DNA of 64,000 nt, taken from contig CATWNM010000007.1 of NCBI GenBank assembly GCA_958352145.1, positions 5,865 through 69,864 on the forward strand. Reading direction: 5' to 3'. Under the pieces are notes generated by a model, which was not told where the DNA came from, did no database searches, and was given only the letters and a program-made list of their open reading frames with translations. Source of the DNA: an uncultured Eubacteriales bacterium (GTDB lineage: Bacteria > Bacillota > Clostridia > Oscillospirales > CAG-272). Shown here one piece after another: positions 50,408 to 58,821 of this stretch (position 1 is the first letter of the stretch; each line of letters opens with the position of its first letter). Made by a program: the position numbers and the translations under genes.

Positions 50408-51229
50408 TTATCCGGCGTTTTGCTTTTTGGAAGCTCTGCCAACCGCAAATAAAGCGGCCGCCGCGATTGCGGCGCAGGCGGTAACGGCGGCGACGGCGAT
50501 CCAGTTTGCGGAAGCGATCTGCGTGATGTCGAATTCGCCGGTCTCTGCATTTTGCAGCTTGGAAAAGATTGCGGCGACGTCGAAGATCAGCGCGCCCGTG
50601 CAGGCAAGCCCCGCAAGGATCGTCCAGACGCTGCGCCGGGCGGCGACGGTCTCTGTCCGGGCCGTACGAACCGGCAGATCGGCGTGAAAGTCAATCATGG
50701 AGCCTATGTAGACCGAGACCAGAACCATGATGAGCGTTTCCGGCAGCATATAGGTCGCATTGTAGATAAAGGAGTAGATCAGCGCCGCCTTGGTCGGAAT
50801 GGAGATACCCGCCCATACGGTGGCGCCGGACAGAACATGGCAGGCGTATCGGAGCAGGCAGACGAGCAGGGAGCCTGCCGCCAGCGCTGAAGACTGGTTT
50901 TTGATACGGCCGCGGAATATGCCGCCAAGCCCGGTGACCGCATAGGCAATCACGTAATCGAGCAGGATCACGGCGACGATGCTCTGCCATGTGGTGACAT
51001 AGGAGAGGGAGGAGAGTCCGGTCAGCTGTTGGATGATGCCGTAGACAAGTCCGGCGGCGCAGCCCCAGCGCAGTCCGAAACGGTAAGAGAGGATCACGAT
51101 GGGAAACATGGATGCGATCGTAATAGAACCGCCATAAGGCAGATCTACCAGCTTGATCAGGCTGAGGATCGTGGCGAGCGCGATCAGAATCGCACTCTCT
51201 ACAAGCGCGCGTGTTTTGGTGTTTTTCAT
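50408..51229 (-). CDS. thiT: Thiamine ECF-transporter S component ThiT with C-terminal extension
   Basis: Start MKNTKTRALVESAILIALATILSLIKLVDLPYGGSITIASMFPI is a ThiT hallmark. It is preceded by a TPP riboswitch. About 273 aa, with two extra predicted TM helices at the C-terminus. Confidence 0.8.
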   Translation of the reverse strand: MKNTKTRALVESAILIALATILSLIKLVDLPYGGSITIASMFPIVILSYRFGLRWGCAAGLVYGIIQQLTGLSSLSYVTTWQSIVAVILLDYVIAYAVTGLGGIFRGRIKNQSSALAAGSLLVCLLRYACHVLSGATVWAGISIPTKAALIYSFIYNATYMLPETLIMVLVSVYIGSMIDFHADLPVRTARTETVAARRSVWTILAGLACTGALIFDVAAIFSKLQNAETGEFDITQIASANWIAVAAVTACAAIAAAALFAVGRASKKQNAG

Positions 51230-51299
51230 GGAAAAAACCTCCGTAAAATAAATTCCGCACAGACATATGTCCGTGCGGAAATACATTACGGGTGTAAAT

Positions 51300-51382
51300 A
51301 TATCTCCCTACGACGGCATTATCCGTATCAGGTAAAGGGTTCGAACTTGCGTTCATCTCAGCCGTTTCCAGCACCCCCGACA
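51300..51382 (-). promoter_or_regulatory. TPP (THI-box) riboswitch, with terminator-type expression platform at about 51251-51283
   Basis: The reverse complement is GGGGTGCTGGAAACGGCTGAGATGAACGCAAGTTCGAACCCTTTACCTGATACGGATAATGCCGTCGTAGGGA. It contains the CTGAGA, ACCTGAT, GGATAATGCC and GTAGGGA boxes. The hairpin TTCCGCACGGACATATGTCTGTGCGGAA plus a T-run follows. Confidence 0.88.
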
Positions 51383-51434
51383 TATTCTGTTTGGTCGGCT
51401 TGATTATAGGACAAACTTCGCGCTTTGTCAATAG

Positions 51435-52091
51435 TTAGCCGATATTTTTCGCAATTTCATAAATTTCGGCCGGTGTGGACGCGATGGCTTCCGCGCCGTT
51501 TTGCAGAAGAATTTCCGGACTCTTGTAGCCGTAGCCGGCGCCGATGGGATGCATGCCCGCGTTTTTACCGGTCTGCATGTCGATGTGCGAGTCGCCGACA
51601 AAACAGATTTCCCCGCAGGAAAGGCCGAAAATTTCGGCAATTTTGAGCGCTGCCGCCGGGTCGGGCTTTAGCGGTTCGTTTTGCACGCCCCATATCGGAT
51701 CAAAAACGCCCTTGCCGAAAATCTGCTCGACGAGAAGCACGGCGGCGCGGTGCGCCTTGTTGGTCAGTACGGCGGTTTTGCAGCCGTCTCGTTTCATTTG
51801 CAGGATGGTTTCCGGCATGCCGGGAAAGGCGGTCTTTGTGTTCATGTACTCGTCTTCATAATCGGAAATATAGTATTTTGTGGCTTCGTCGATCGTTTCC
51901 TTGTCGGTTCCTTCGGGGAACGTGCGGAGCACAAAATTTCGCGGCCCGTCGTTGATGCCGCGCAGAACTTCTTTTCGTCCGATGGGATCGAGCCCGAACC
52001 GCGCGCGGGTCCGGTTCATGGCGCGGTTGAGTTCGGGCAGCGTGTCGGCCAGCGTGCCGTCCAGGTCAAATATAAATCCTTTAATGCGCAT
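51435..52091 (-). CDS. HAD family hydrolase (phosphoglycolate phosphatase-like)
   Basis: Start MRIKGFIFDLDGTLADT (DxDGT motif I), LTNK (motif II) and VGDSHIDMQTG (motif IV). Confidence 0.85.
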   Translation of the reverse strand: MRIKGFIFDLDGTLADTLPELNRAMNRTRARFGLDPIGRKEVLRGINDGPRNFVLRTFPEGTDKETIDEATKYYISDYEDEYMNTKTAFPGMPETILQMKRDGCKTAVLTNKAHRAAVLLVEQIFGKGVFDPIWGVQNEPLKPDPAAALKIAEIFGLSCGEICFVGDSHIDMQTGKNAGMHPIGAGYGYKSPEILLQNGAEAIASTPAEIYEIAKNIG

Positions 52092-52381
52092 AGGAGTCCT
52101 CCAAGTTTTCTGCGCGTCTGCACGCAGCACGGTATCCGAAAACAGTATACCATAGTTTATTTCAATTTATTATAGTGCGGCGCCGGCGTCCTGTCAAGAA
52201 ACCGCCTTTTTTTCGGCACCTTGACATAAATCTTTCGCTTCGTGGCAAAAATTTTGGCGGATAGTCCATTTTCATTTCAAAGCGTATGTGCTATAATAAT
52301 AAAGTTATCGACATGGAATTTTAGAACGTTCGAACGCAGGAAACGGCGCTTTGCGCCTGATTGAATAGAGGTAGAAACAAA

Positions 52382-54211
52382 GTGGTAAGAGAAGATTTGA
52401 GAAACATTGCGATCATTGCGCATGTTGACCACGGCAAGACCACGCTCGTGGACGAGATGCTCCGGCAGGGCGGTATTTACCGGGAAAATCAGGCGATGAC
52501 CGAGCGCGTTATGGACTCGGGCGATCTCGAACGGGAGCGGGGAATCACCATTCTCGCGAAAAATACGGCGGTGCATTACAACGGCGTCAAGATCAACATC
52601 GTCGATACGCCGGGGCACGCGGATTTTGGCGGCGAGGTCGAACGCATTTTGAAAATGGTGAACGGCGTTTTGCTGTTGGTAGACGCGGCAGAGGGGCCTA
52701 TGCCGCAGACCCGGTTCGTGCTGGAGCGCGCGCTGCAGTTGAACCACCGCGTCATCGTCGTCATCAACAAGATCGACAAGCCGGACGCGCGCATAGCGGA
52801 AGTGCAGGACGAGATTCTCGAGCTTTTCTTCGAATTGAACGCGAATGACGAACAATTGGACAGCCCTATGGTATTTTGTTCGGGCAGAGCCGGTACGGCG
52901 TCGCTCGACCCGGAAATTCCGGGCACGGATTTGCGCCCGCTGTTCGATAAGATTTTGGAGTATATGCCGGCCCCGTCCGGGGATGAGGATGGGGAATTGC
53001 AGATGCTGGTTTCTTCGATCGATTACAACGATTATGTCGGCCGCATCGGTATCGGCCGGATCGAGCGGGGCGTGATCCGGCAGAATCAGGAGATCATGAT
53101 CTCCAATTTCCACAGCAAGGACGCGCCGCGGCGTGCGAAAGTGGTCAGCGTCTATCAGATCGATGGTTTGACCCGCGTTCCGGTCGAAACGGCGAAAGTG
53201 GGCGATATCATTTGCTTTTGCGGCGCGGAAAATATCAATATCGGCGACACGGTGACGTCGCTTTCCTGCGTTGAACCTTTGGAGTTTGTCAAGGTCAGCG
53301 AGCCGACGATGGAAATGACGTTTTCGGTCAACGACAGCCCGTTTGCGGGCAAAGATGGCAAATATGTGACTTCCCGCCATCTGCGTGAGCGCCTGTACCG
53401 CGAGCTTTTGAAGGACGTGTCTCTTCGCGTCAGCGATGGGGAGACGACGGAGAGCTTCAAGGTGGCAGGACGCGGGGAAATGCATCTTTCCATTTTGATC
53501 GAGACTATGCGCCGGGAGGGATATGAACTGGCGTGCAGTACGCCGCATGTGCTGTACCGGGAGATCGACGGCGTAAAATGCGAGCCGGTGGAGCGCGTCA
53601 TCATCGACTGTCCGGACGCCTATAACGGCGCGGTCATGGAGAAGCTCGGTTCCCGCAAAGGCGAGCTTGTCGCCATGGAGCCGCGCGGCAGCCGCACGAG
53701 ACTGGAATATCTTGTGCCCTCGCGCTGCCTTTTCGGCTATCGCAGCGAGTTTCTCACAGACACGCACGGCGAGGGGATTCTCAATACGATTTTTGACAGC
53801 TATCAGCCGTATCGCGGCGAAGTGACTGTGCGTTTTACCGGTTCGCTGGTCGCAAGCGAAGCGGGCGAGTCCACTTCTTACGGCGTGTTCAACGCGCAGG
53901 ACCGCGGCCAGATGTTTATCGGCGCGCAGTGCCCCGTATATGAGGGAATGATCGTCGGTTCTTCTCCGAAGCAGGGGGACATCGTTGTGAATGTGTGCAA
54001 AAAGAAACATCTTACGGCGATCCGCAGTTCGGGCGCGGATGAAGCGCTTCGGCTGGTCACGCCGAAAATCATGAGTCTTGAGGAAGCGATCGAATATATC
54101 GCCGACGACGAATTGATTGAAGTCACGCCGAAAAACGTCCGTTTGCGCAAACGTATTTTGAATACCGAACTGCGCCTCAAAGAAGAGGCCAAGCTCAAAA
54201 AGCAGCAGTAA
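52382..54211 (+). CDS. typA: Translational GTPase TypA/BipA
   Basis: IRNIAIIAHVDHGKTTL, DTPGHADFGGE and NKID G-motifs, with an EF-G-like domain order. The start is either GTG 52382 or TTG 52361. Confidence 0.92.
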   Translation: MVREDLRNIAIIAHVDHGKTTLVDEMLRQGGIYRENQAMTERVMDSGDLERERGITILAKNTAVHYNGVKINIVDTPGHADFGGEVERILKMVNGVLLLVDAAEGPMPQTRFVLERALQLNHRVIVVINKIDKPDARIAEVQDEILELFFELNANDEQLDSPMVFCSGRAGTASLDPEIPGTDLRPLFDKILEYMPAPSGDEDGELQMLVSSIDYNDYVGRIGIGRIERGVIRQNQEIMISNFHSKDAPRRAKVVSVYQIDGLTRVPVETAKVGDIICFCGAENINIGDTVTSLSCVEPLEFVKVSEPTMEMTFSVNDSPFAGKDGKYVTSRHLRERLYRELLKDVSLRVSDGETTESFKVAGRGEMHLSILIETMRREGYELACSTPHVLYREIDGVKCEPVERVIIDCPDAYNGAVMEKLGSRKGELVAMEPRGSRTRLEYLVPSRCLFGYRSEFLTDTHGEGILNTIFDSYQPYRGEVTVRFTGSLVASEAGESTSYGVFNAQDRGQMFIGAQCPVYEGMIVGSSPKQGDIVVNVCKKKHLTAIRSSGADEALRLVTPKIMSLEEAIEYIADDELIEVTPKNVRLRKRILNTELRLKEEAKLKKQQ

Positions 54212-54384
54212 TATGCGCCTTTCGAAAAACTCTGTTTTTCGAAAGAAAAGACCGGTTCACTCGCGTCTTCGTGCCGCTTACGCGGCACTCGCGCAGCCAC
54301 AAGGTGTAAAAAAGCTGGCAAAGCCGGCTTTTTTACGAAACTTTATACGATTTTGTTTGTGGGAATATTTTTTTGACACACTAA

Positions 54385-54421
54385 GGCCGTCTGAAAACAA
54401 AGTTTTCAGACGGCCTGTTTT
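54385..54421 (+). terminator. Hairpin terminator between typA and azlD
   Basis: GGCCGTCTGAAAAC-aaa-GTTTTCAGACGGCC followed by TGTTTTA. Confidence 0.6.
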
Positions 54422-54425
54422 ATGG

Positions 54426-54743
54426 TTAGAACAGCAGCATACCCGCTTCCACTAAAAATACGGCGGCGCACGCGCCGGTCGCCACAGTCAAAAGCGCTTT
54501 GCCGCGATAGGCCAGAACAAGCGCGGCGGCAAGACCGGCGGCGGCTGACCAGATGCTGTTGGTCGCATAGAGGATCGCGGGGAACGTCATCGCCGCCAGC
54601 ACCGTGTACGGCACGTAGTACAGAAAAGCGAAAAGAAAGCGGTTTTGTATCCGGCGCTTGACCAGAACGAACGGAACGGCGCGGATCAGATATGTAACGC
54701 CGGACATGACCAAGAGATAAGGAAGAAACGCAGAAAGCTCCAT
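54426..54743 (-). CDS. azlD: Branched-chain amino acid exporter small subunit AzlD
   Basis: 105 aa and hydrophobic. MELSAFLPYLLVMSGVTYLIRAVPF is typical of AzlD. Lies directly after azlC. Confidence 0.8.
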   Translation of the reverse strand: MELSAFLPYLLVMSGVTYLIRAVPFVLVKRRIQNRFLFAFLYYVPYTVLAAMTFPAILYATNSIWSAAAGLAAALVLAYRGKALLTVATGACAAVFLVEAGMLLF

Positions 54744-55454
54744 TCAGTTTTCCTCCTTTACGGGAAAAAGCAGCGCGGCGGCGGCCGACGCGGCGACGGC
54801 GCAGATAATCATGGCAAAGCCGCCGGATACTTTGGACAAAAAAGGCGTATAGCGGAAAAGAACGCTGAGCGCGACGGCCAAACCGACGGCTGCCAGCACA
54901 TGCTTGTCCTCTTTGGCTTTTGGCGTGACGATCGCGATAAACATCCCGTACAGCGCGACGCCCAGCGCGCCGGTGACGATCGCCGGCAAAATGCTGCCGA
55001 GTACCGCGCCGCAGAGCGTGCCCGCTGACCAGCCGGCAATCGGAAGGAGCGCAAGCCCTGCAAAGTAGGCGGGCTCGATTTTTTGCGGATTGCCGATGGC
55101 GACGGCGAAAATTTCATCGGTTATGGCAAAGCCGAGCAGCCACCGCCATCCGCTGTGAAAATTTTTGCTTAGCTTTTGGGAAAGCGCGATGCTCATCAGT
55201 GCATACCGCGCGTTGACGACCAACTGCGTCAGCGCCATTTCGATTAGGGTGCCCGAAGCGGTTATGACCGAAAGTCCGGCAAATTGGCCTGCGGAAGTCA
55301 GATTGGTTACGGAAATCAGCATCGCTTCCAAAAGTGTACATCCGCTTTGAGACGCCAATACGCCGAATGCGAGCGAAACGGAAAAATAACCGAGTCCGAC
55401 CGGCAGTCCGCCGCGCAGTCCCGATTTGAAACTCATAAAACATGCCTCCAACAA
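54744..55454 (-). CDS. azlC: AzlC family branched-chain amino acid exporter subunit
   Basis: 236 aa. GLGYFSVSLAFGVLA...TNLTSAGQFAG is typical of AzlC. An alternative start lies at 55436. Confidence 0.85.
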   Translation of the reverse strand: MLEACFMSFKSGLRGGLPVGLGYFSVSLAFGVLASQSGCTLLEAMLISVTNLTSAGQFAGLSVITASGTLIEMALTQLVVNARYALMSIALSQKLSKNFHSGWRWLLGFAITDEIFAVAIGNPQKIEPAYFAGLALLPIAGWSAGTLCGAVLGSILPAIVTGALGVALYGMFIAIVTPKAKEDKHVLAAVGLAVALSVLFRYTPFLSKVSGGFAMIICAVAASAAAALLFPVKEEN

Positions 55455-55483
55455 AAATGGTATCGCACAGTTGCGCTTTGGCT

Positions 55484-55512
55484 ATTATACGACAAAATTG
55501 AGCGTTGTGCAA
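55484..55512 (-). promoter_or_regulatory. Candidate sigma-A promoter for azlCD
   Basis: On the minus strand, TTGCAC, a 17-nt spacer and TATAAT lie about 30-50 nt upstream of the azlC start. Confidence 0.5.
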
Positions 55513-55868
55513 TGGGGAATTTTAAAAATATGGCGGCGGATGGCGCTTTGCGGCGATGCGGTCAAAAAAAGAGGGCGTGTGCCCTCTGAGCTTGTCAAAA
55601 AACCAAAGGTTTTTGACAAAAAAGGCTTGGTTCGCTCGCGCCGCGCGCCGCAAAAGCGGCACTTGCCAAGCCGTAAGGTGCATACAGAGCGGCGCATGTC
55701 CGCTCTGTATGCCTTTTTTATTGAATTTGTTATGTGAGATGAAAAAGATGGTCATTGCGGACTGTTTGCATATTTGTGCATATTTGTTTTTTTACGCAGG
55801 CTCATTGGTTGAAGTGAATGTGAGAATTAAATATCATAAAGCACCACATGCTGTATAAGAAAATCAAG

Positions 55869-56051
55869 TTAGTTCTTTGTGGACTCTATTTTAATTTCTC
55901 CATGTTCTTGCTCGTAACTTGAAATGTATATTTTGCAAAGATGCTCAAGCAAATTACTTACACTTCTTGTTTCTTTCTTTGAAATATAACGCAATTTTTC
56001 TAAATATTCATTTTGAAGATGAAATGTAAAAGGTGTTTTGTTCGTCGGCAT
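55869..56051 (-). CDS. Ribbon-helix-helix (Arc/CopG-like) DNA-binding protein, copy 1
   Basis: 60 aa. The N-terminal beta-strand-like TPFTFHL is followed by two short helices (EYLEKLRYISKKETRSVSNLLEHLCKIY). The RHH call comes from this pattern only. Confidence 0.55.
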   Translation of the reverse strand: MPTNKTPFTFHLQNEYLEKLRYISKKETRSVSNLLEHLCKIYISSYEQEHGEIKIESTKN

Positions 56052-56214
56052 ATAGCTTTTTCCTCAGTGAACAGATAAAAACAATAGTTTACTATAGATT
56101 ACCAAAATTAAATCCATTTTTATACACCAACGGTAAAACAACAGTTATTGAATAATGACATATTTTTTACATTTTTTTTGATGAATCATTTGTTTGAGGG
56201 AGTAAAATGTTACT

Positions 56215-56391
56215 TTATTGATTATTAATTTCTATTTTTCCATGTGCTTGTTCGTATTCTTTTATATAGGATTTGCACAGATGTTCCAGTAAATTACTTA
56301 CGCTTCTCGTTTCCTGTTTTGAAATATAACGTAGTTTTTCCAAATATTCATCTTCCAGATGAAATGTAAAAGGAGTTTTATTTGTTGGCAT
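56215..56391 (-). CDS. Ribbon-helix-helix protein, copy 2 (tandem paralog; below the 60-aa ORF-track cutoff)
   Basis: My hand translation gives MPTNKTPFTFHLEDEYLEKLRYISKQETRSVSNLLEHLCKSYIKEYEQAHGKIEINNQ (58 aa). It differs from copy 1 at roughly ten positions. Confidence 0.55.
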   Translation of the reverse strand: MPTNKTPFTFHLEDEYLEKLRYISKQETRSVSNLLEHLCKSYIKEYEQAHGKIEINNQ

Positions 56392-56566
56392 ATAGATATA
56401 TCCTTTCCTTACGGTATAATAACGGTTGCATATATATATTATCAGAAATAAATAATTTAATATACGCCAACGGTTATGATATTATGGTTAAACAGTTGCA
56501 TAACAGTTTAATTTATGATAGAATTATTTTTAAATATATGGTAAAAAGTGAAAGGATAACATTTGT

Positions 56567-57214
56567 ATGTTAAAAGATATTCCATACAGCGTAATAAAAA
56601 AGGACAAGCGTGCATATGAGATTATGCTGCTTCGAGAGCAATCCGGCTATACATATACAAAAATAGCCGAAAAATTTAACATATCGGTCTCGGAGGCAGG
56701 GCAACAATACCATTTCCTAAAACAGAAACAGATGCGTTTATATATCCGTCATGTTGCGGTAGTGCTGGGGCATGAAGATCTTTCTCAAGTCAGAAAAGTT
56801 TTTGACGACGCATATGAATGCTATGTGGATGAGATGTACCTTTGCGCATATTTAGAAAAGAAATACGGAGATATTTTGACTGAATATCGAGAAGGCGAAC
56901 CGGGGATGCCGGAACAATGGATTCGAAGTCTGCCGCCGTTTAAGACTGCAATGCGTAAAAAAACAGTTTCCCGCATCGTAGAAATGCGGGAAACCAAACA
57001 CATGGGGTATTCGGCAATTGCAAAAGAATTTTGTATAACGCCGGCAAAAGCCAGGCATACATACGAATGGTTTTATTATGAACAGAGCTTAAAAATTATT
57101 GAAGCCTTGCAGGAAAAAGCGAAAAGCCCTGAAGAAAAAGAAGCAATATGGAGAAATTACTATAAGGGAAATTTGTCCTACAAAAAGCGCTATGAATTGC
57201 TGACGAAAAAATAA
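56567..57214 (+). CDS. Protein with two internally repeated HTH (sigma-70 region 4-like) modules, function unknown
   Basis: 215 aa. Repeat 1 is AYEIMLLREQSGYTYTKIAEKFNISVSEAGQQYHF. Repeat 2 is VSRIVEMRETKHMGYSAIAKEFCITPAKARHTYEW. Confidence 0.55.
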   Translation: MLKDIPYSVIKKDKRAYEIMLLREQSGYTYTKIAEKFNISVSEAGQQYHFLKQKQMRLYIRHVAVVLGHEDLSQVRKVFDDAYECYVDEMYLCAYLEKKYGDILTEYREGEPGMPEQWIRSLPPFKTAMRKKTVSRIVEMRETKHMGYSAIAKEFCITPAKARHTYEWFYYEQSLKIIEALQEKAKSPEEKEAIWRNYYKGNLSYKKRYELLTKK

Positions 57215-57253
57215 ATGCATGATCCTATAAAAGATATAGACAATGGGATACAT

Positions 57254-57502
57254 TTACCACTGAACAGCATTTTCCGGAATGCATTCAGAAATCGGCGAGT
57301 GAAGTTCATCAACGATTTTATCTTTCAAACCGGGAATCGAATACAGATATATGGTTCCTATTAAGCCGTTATAATCTTCTTCACTGAGAATTACTGCATT
57401 CCCGTCTTTGGTGCTGATATTTACAGGTTCCTTGTATTTTATCGTCTGCTTCAGTATATTGGAAATGTTTTTACGAAAATTTGTGATATTGGTATAGTAC
57501 AT
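57254..57502 (-). CDS. Phd/YefM-family type II antitoxin, no adjacent toxin gene
   Basis: 82 aa. The N-terminus TNITNFRKNISNILKQTIKYKEPVNISTKDGNAVILSEEDYNGL matches the Phd/YefM fold pattern. Confidence 0.7.
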   Translation of the reverse strand: MYYTNITNFRKNISNILKQTIKYKEPVNISTKDGNAVILSEEDYNGLIGTIYLYSIPGLKDKIVDELHSPISECIPENAVQW

Positions 57503-57545
57503 TTTGTGTTATCTCCTTGTGTACATTATAGAATACACTGTGGAT

Positions 57546-58724
57546 TCAGTGCGGAATGGGCGCAAAGCTGTCGTCGATGGTGATGACGCAGAAAAAGGAC
57601 GGGTCCCGCTCGCGTGCCAGCGCCATGATTCTTTTGCACAGTTCTGTTTTGCTTATGGAAAGATTCTGCGGCGCTACGCAGTCGAAGATCAGATTTGTAT
57701 GCGTTGGGCCGCGAACTACCCGCAAATCATGGATCGACAGCGCTGGGTCGATGCTTTTGACCGCATCGGACAGCCATGTGCGCAGGTCGTTGATTTCCGG
57801 GTCGGCTGTGACAATCGGATCCATATGGATAACCAGATGCAGGCCGAGTTCGTTTCGTATGTCCCGCTCAATGTTGTCGATGACGTCATGGCTGGCAATG
57901 ACATTGGCCTCGGCTGCGACTTCTACGTGTACGCTGGCAAACTGACATCCGGGACCGTAGTCATGTACGATCAGATCGTGCGTGCCGAGCACGCCCGGAT
58001 AACGCATGATTTTTTGCCGGATTTGTTCTACGAATTCGGGTTTCGGCGGCTTTCCCAGAATTGGATCGAGCGTTTCCCGGATCAGGCCGAATCCGCTGTA
58101 AAGGATGAATACGGCGACCGCCACGCCCATATAACCGTCTAGTTCCCATTTCGTGAAGTGGGAGATCAGCGCAGCGACCAGCACGGCCGTTGTGGAAATC
58201 GCGTCATTGCGGCTGTCCGCGGCGGTTGCGCTCAGGGTTTGGGAATCAATTCTTTTCCCCAGATTCCGGTTGAACAGCGCCATCCACAGCTTGATTAAAA
58301 TCGAAGCGGCCAGCACGGCTGCGACCGGAAAGCTGAATTCTACAGGCGCCGGATGCAATATTTTTTCAATGCTGCCCTTTAAGAGTTCAACGCCGATCAG
58401 CAAGACGAGGACGGAGACCATCAGACCGGACAGATATTCGTAGCGCGCATGTCCGTAGGGATGATCTGCGTCGGCTGGCTTTTCGGCCATTTTGAAGCCG
58501 ATGAGGCTGATGACGCTTGAAGATGCGTCGGAAAGGTTGTTGATAGCGTCCGCTGTGACGGATACGCTGCCGGAAAGCGTTCCGACGGCAAGTTTGCCGC
58601 AAAACAGCAGCAGATTGCATAAAATGCCGGTCAGGCCGGAAAGTCTGCCGAAAGCTGCGCGCACGGCCGGTTTTTCGGTATGCGTGTAATCTTTGACAAA
58701 CAGGCGGATCAGTAGATTGGTCAT
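57546..58724 (-). CDS. Cation diffusion facilitator (CDF) family metal transporter
   Basis: Start MTNLLIRLF at 58724. TM motifs AINNLSDA, HPYGHARYEYLSG and DSRNDAIST, plus a C-terminal cytoplasmic domain. The upstream 83 codons of the ORF-track entry are not credible. Confidence 0.88.
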   Translation of the reverse strand: MTNLLIRLFVKDYTHTEKPAVRAAFGRLSGLTGILCNLLLFCGKLAVGTLSGSVSVTADAINNLSDASSSVISLIGFKMAEKPADADHPYGHARYEYLSGLMVSVLVLLIGVELLKGSIEKILHPAPVEFSFPVAAVLAASILIKLWMALFNRNLGKRIDSQTLSATAADSRNDAISTTAVLVAALISHFTKWELDGYMGVAVAVFILYSGFGLIRETLDPILGKPPKPEFVEQIRQKIMRYPGVLGTHDLIVHDYGPGCQFASVHVEVAAEANVIASHDVIDNIERDIRNELGLHLVIHMDPIVTADPEINDLRTWLSDAVKSIDPALSIHDLRVVRGPTHTNLIFDCVAPQNLSISKTELCKRIMALARERDPSFFCVITIDDSFAPIPH

Positions 58725-58821
58725 AGAAGCACTCCTTTGCATCTTTTTGGCGGCGCAGGCCGGTTTTGCGCAGCGCGCGGTCTTTGCCTTTAGAAAAATC
58801 CGCCGGTAAGGCGGATTTTTT

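Noticed and set aside
50691-51431. 246-aa minus-strand ORF overlapping thiT and the TPP riboswitch
   Set aside because: It is an alternative frame of thiT that runs through the riboswitch, and it is Arg/His/Pro-rich. The ThiT frame and the riboswitch explain the region.
52277-54010. 577-aa ORF on the minus strand
   Set aside because: It lies entirely antisense to typA/bipA, whose product has unambiguous GTPase motifs. The translation is Arg/Ala/His-rich with no motifs. This is a typical shadow ORF of GC-rich coding DNA.
55426-55737. 103-aa plus-strand ORF upstream of azlC
   Set aside because: It overlaps the azlC 5' end and promoter and runs through three hairpins. Its Arg/Lys-rich sequence has no motif.
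57504-58142. 212-aa plus-strand ORF
   Set aside because: It is antisense to the C-terminal half of the CDF transporter. This is a shadow ORF.
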